Below are positions 18,850 to 20,000 of a stretch of 20,000 nucleotides of DNA, in pieces. The number at the start of each line of letters is the position of its first letter. Position 1 is the stretch's first letter. The notes beneath the pieces were generated by a model. It made no database searches, had not been told where the DNA came from, and saw only the letters and a list, made by a program, of their open reading frames with translations. The position numbers and the translations under genes were made by a program. Source of the DNA: Mitosporidium daphniae (Eukaryota); the NCBI RefSeq assembly GCF_000760515.2, contig NW_013546143.1, positions 58,438-78,437 of the forward strand, given 5' to 3'.

Positions 18850-20000
18850 TTAATATCCAATGTGAATATTTCCTATGTCATCCTCAAGATCGGAGGCATA
18901 GGACGAGGTGCCTTCCAGGTATCCATCCGATTCTGTTGTGTTATTTTCCCCATCTGACGTGTTGGTATCTTCAGATGAATATGCAAGAGTCGTCGTTGTG
19001 ACCAATGTCTCCCCATTTCCGGAATCTAGATGCTGTTAGCGAGAGGGGGCAGTGTTACAGTTTGATTCGACCACAAAATCTTGTCCAACTTCACAGTCTT
19101 TCAGGGATGCTTTTTCTTTGATAATTACATTCGAGCAAACGATGCAATTATCCAACTTGACGTCGTTTTCAACAATAACACACTCCAAGAGGATACAATT
19201 GTTGAGCTTGACGCCAGAACCAAGCTTGCAATTATTTCCAATAATTGATTTTTTAATTGAGGATCTATCGCCAATAAAGACATTCTCCCTGATGAGAGAA
19301 TCCTGACCAATCTATAAGAGAAAGATAAAATGATGTCTTTATACCTGGCTTTTCAGCCCAACCTCGCAATTGGCAAAAATTCTAGATGCAGCAGGAATAA
19401 GTTTAATGGCCTGAAGGGAAAGAAGCAGATGCATACCTGTCTATTGGCCTCGCTGAACGATGTAATTGTGTTTACTCTGAGCGGCGGGGCATATGTGTTA
19501 AAATCTGGTATCTGTGCATCTGTGATGAATGCAGAACACTTGTAAGATGTGGTTTCTTCTTGTTGATAGTTAACTAGAGATGAATAAGAATCCTCCACCA
19601 TACATTCCAAGTCTTCCAACATGAACGAATATTGTTCTGAACCCTCCGAAATGGTAGCTTCGTTGTCTCCCAAAACGACAAGCTCTTCGTCATCAAGATT
19701 AAAATTTCTCTCAAAATACTGGCGAGATACAAGCCAAGGGATAAATTCTTCGCGAAAGGAAACCATAATTTCACGGCTTGTCTCTAACTGATATGTTCTC
19801 AATTGGGATAAAAGCCCCAGTGTATTCGGGCTCAGGATATAGAAATGAATATCGGCCAAATTGGTGAATACTCGAAGCCGAGGATATTTTGCCAAAATAT
19901 GAAATGGAATGTTAATTTCGTCATCAAGTGTGACCAATGACTCTATTTGAAGCAGCTTTGTTTCCGATGANTCCAAAAGAACAAAGTCCCCTTCTATGGG
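18850..20000 (-). CDS. GCD1: Translation initiation factor eIF2B gamma subunit, 5'-truncated; exons >20000-19437, 19410-19345, 19311-19059, 19025-18850
   Basis: YPRLRVFTNLADIHFYI, SFREEFIPWLVSRQY and RVNTITSFSEANRQ are followed by left-handed beta-helix hexapeptide repeats (IGQDSLIRENVFIGDRSSIKKSIIGNNCKLGSGVKLNNCILL...LKDCEVG), GETLV and an acidic tail. Introns are 19436-19411, 19344-19312 and 19058-19026. Confidence 0.88.

Noticed and set aside
19971..19971. Ambiguous base N in the GCD1 coding region
   Set aside because: Sequencing or assembly ambiguity at a third codon position (GAN), not a biological feature.

Overview
Gene-dense eukaryotic DNA (not prokaryotic) with about 18 protein-coding genes. 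Intergenic gaps are typically 15-190 bp, and I reconstructed 29 very short GT-AG introns (about 22-37 nt) by hand from reading-frame continuity and conserved motifs. Recognisable genes, in order: exosome RNase PH subunit (5'-truncated), CIP2A-like ARM/coiled-coil protein, Cys-rich secreted protein, secreted PI4K-type-II-like (pseudo)kinase, p24/Erv25, an orphan ORF, Ctr copper transporter, RPB12, ATG101, Abf2/TFAM-like HMG protein, arginase, a GPI-anchor-like secreted protein, PRP22, a small membrane protein, mitoribosomal bL34m, BCS1, cytochrome c1 and eIF2B-gamma (5'-truncated). Extreme compaction, mini-introns, fungal-type sequences and a retained respiring mitochondrion suggest an early-diverging microsporidian or Rozellomycota parasite such as Mitosporidium; this is inference, not an identification. 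The most intriguing element is the head-to-head pair of secreted-protein genes at 4110-6693: a chitin-binding-like Cys-repeat protein and a signal-peptide-bearing PI4K-fold protein whose catalytic residues are degenerate. No rRNA, tRNA, CRISPR array or mobile element was recognised.
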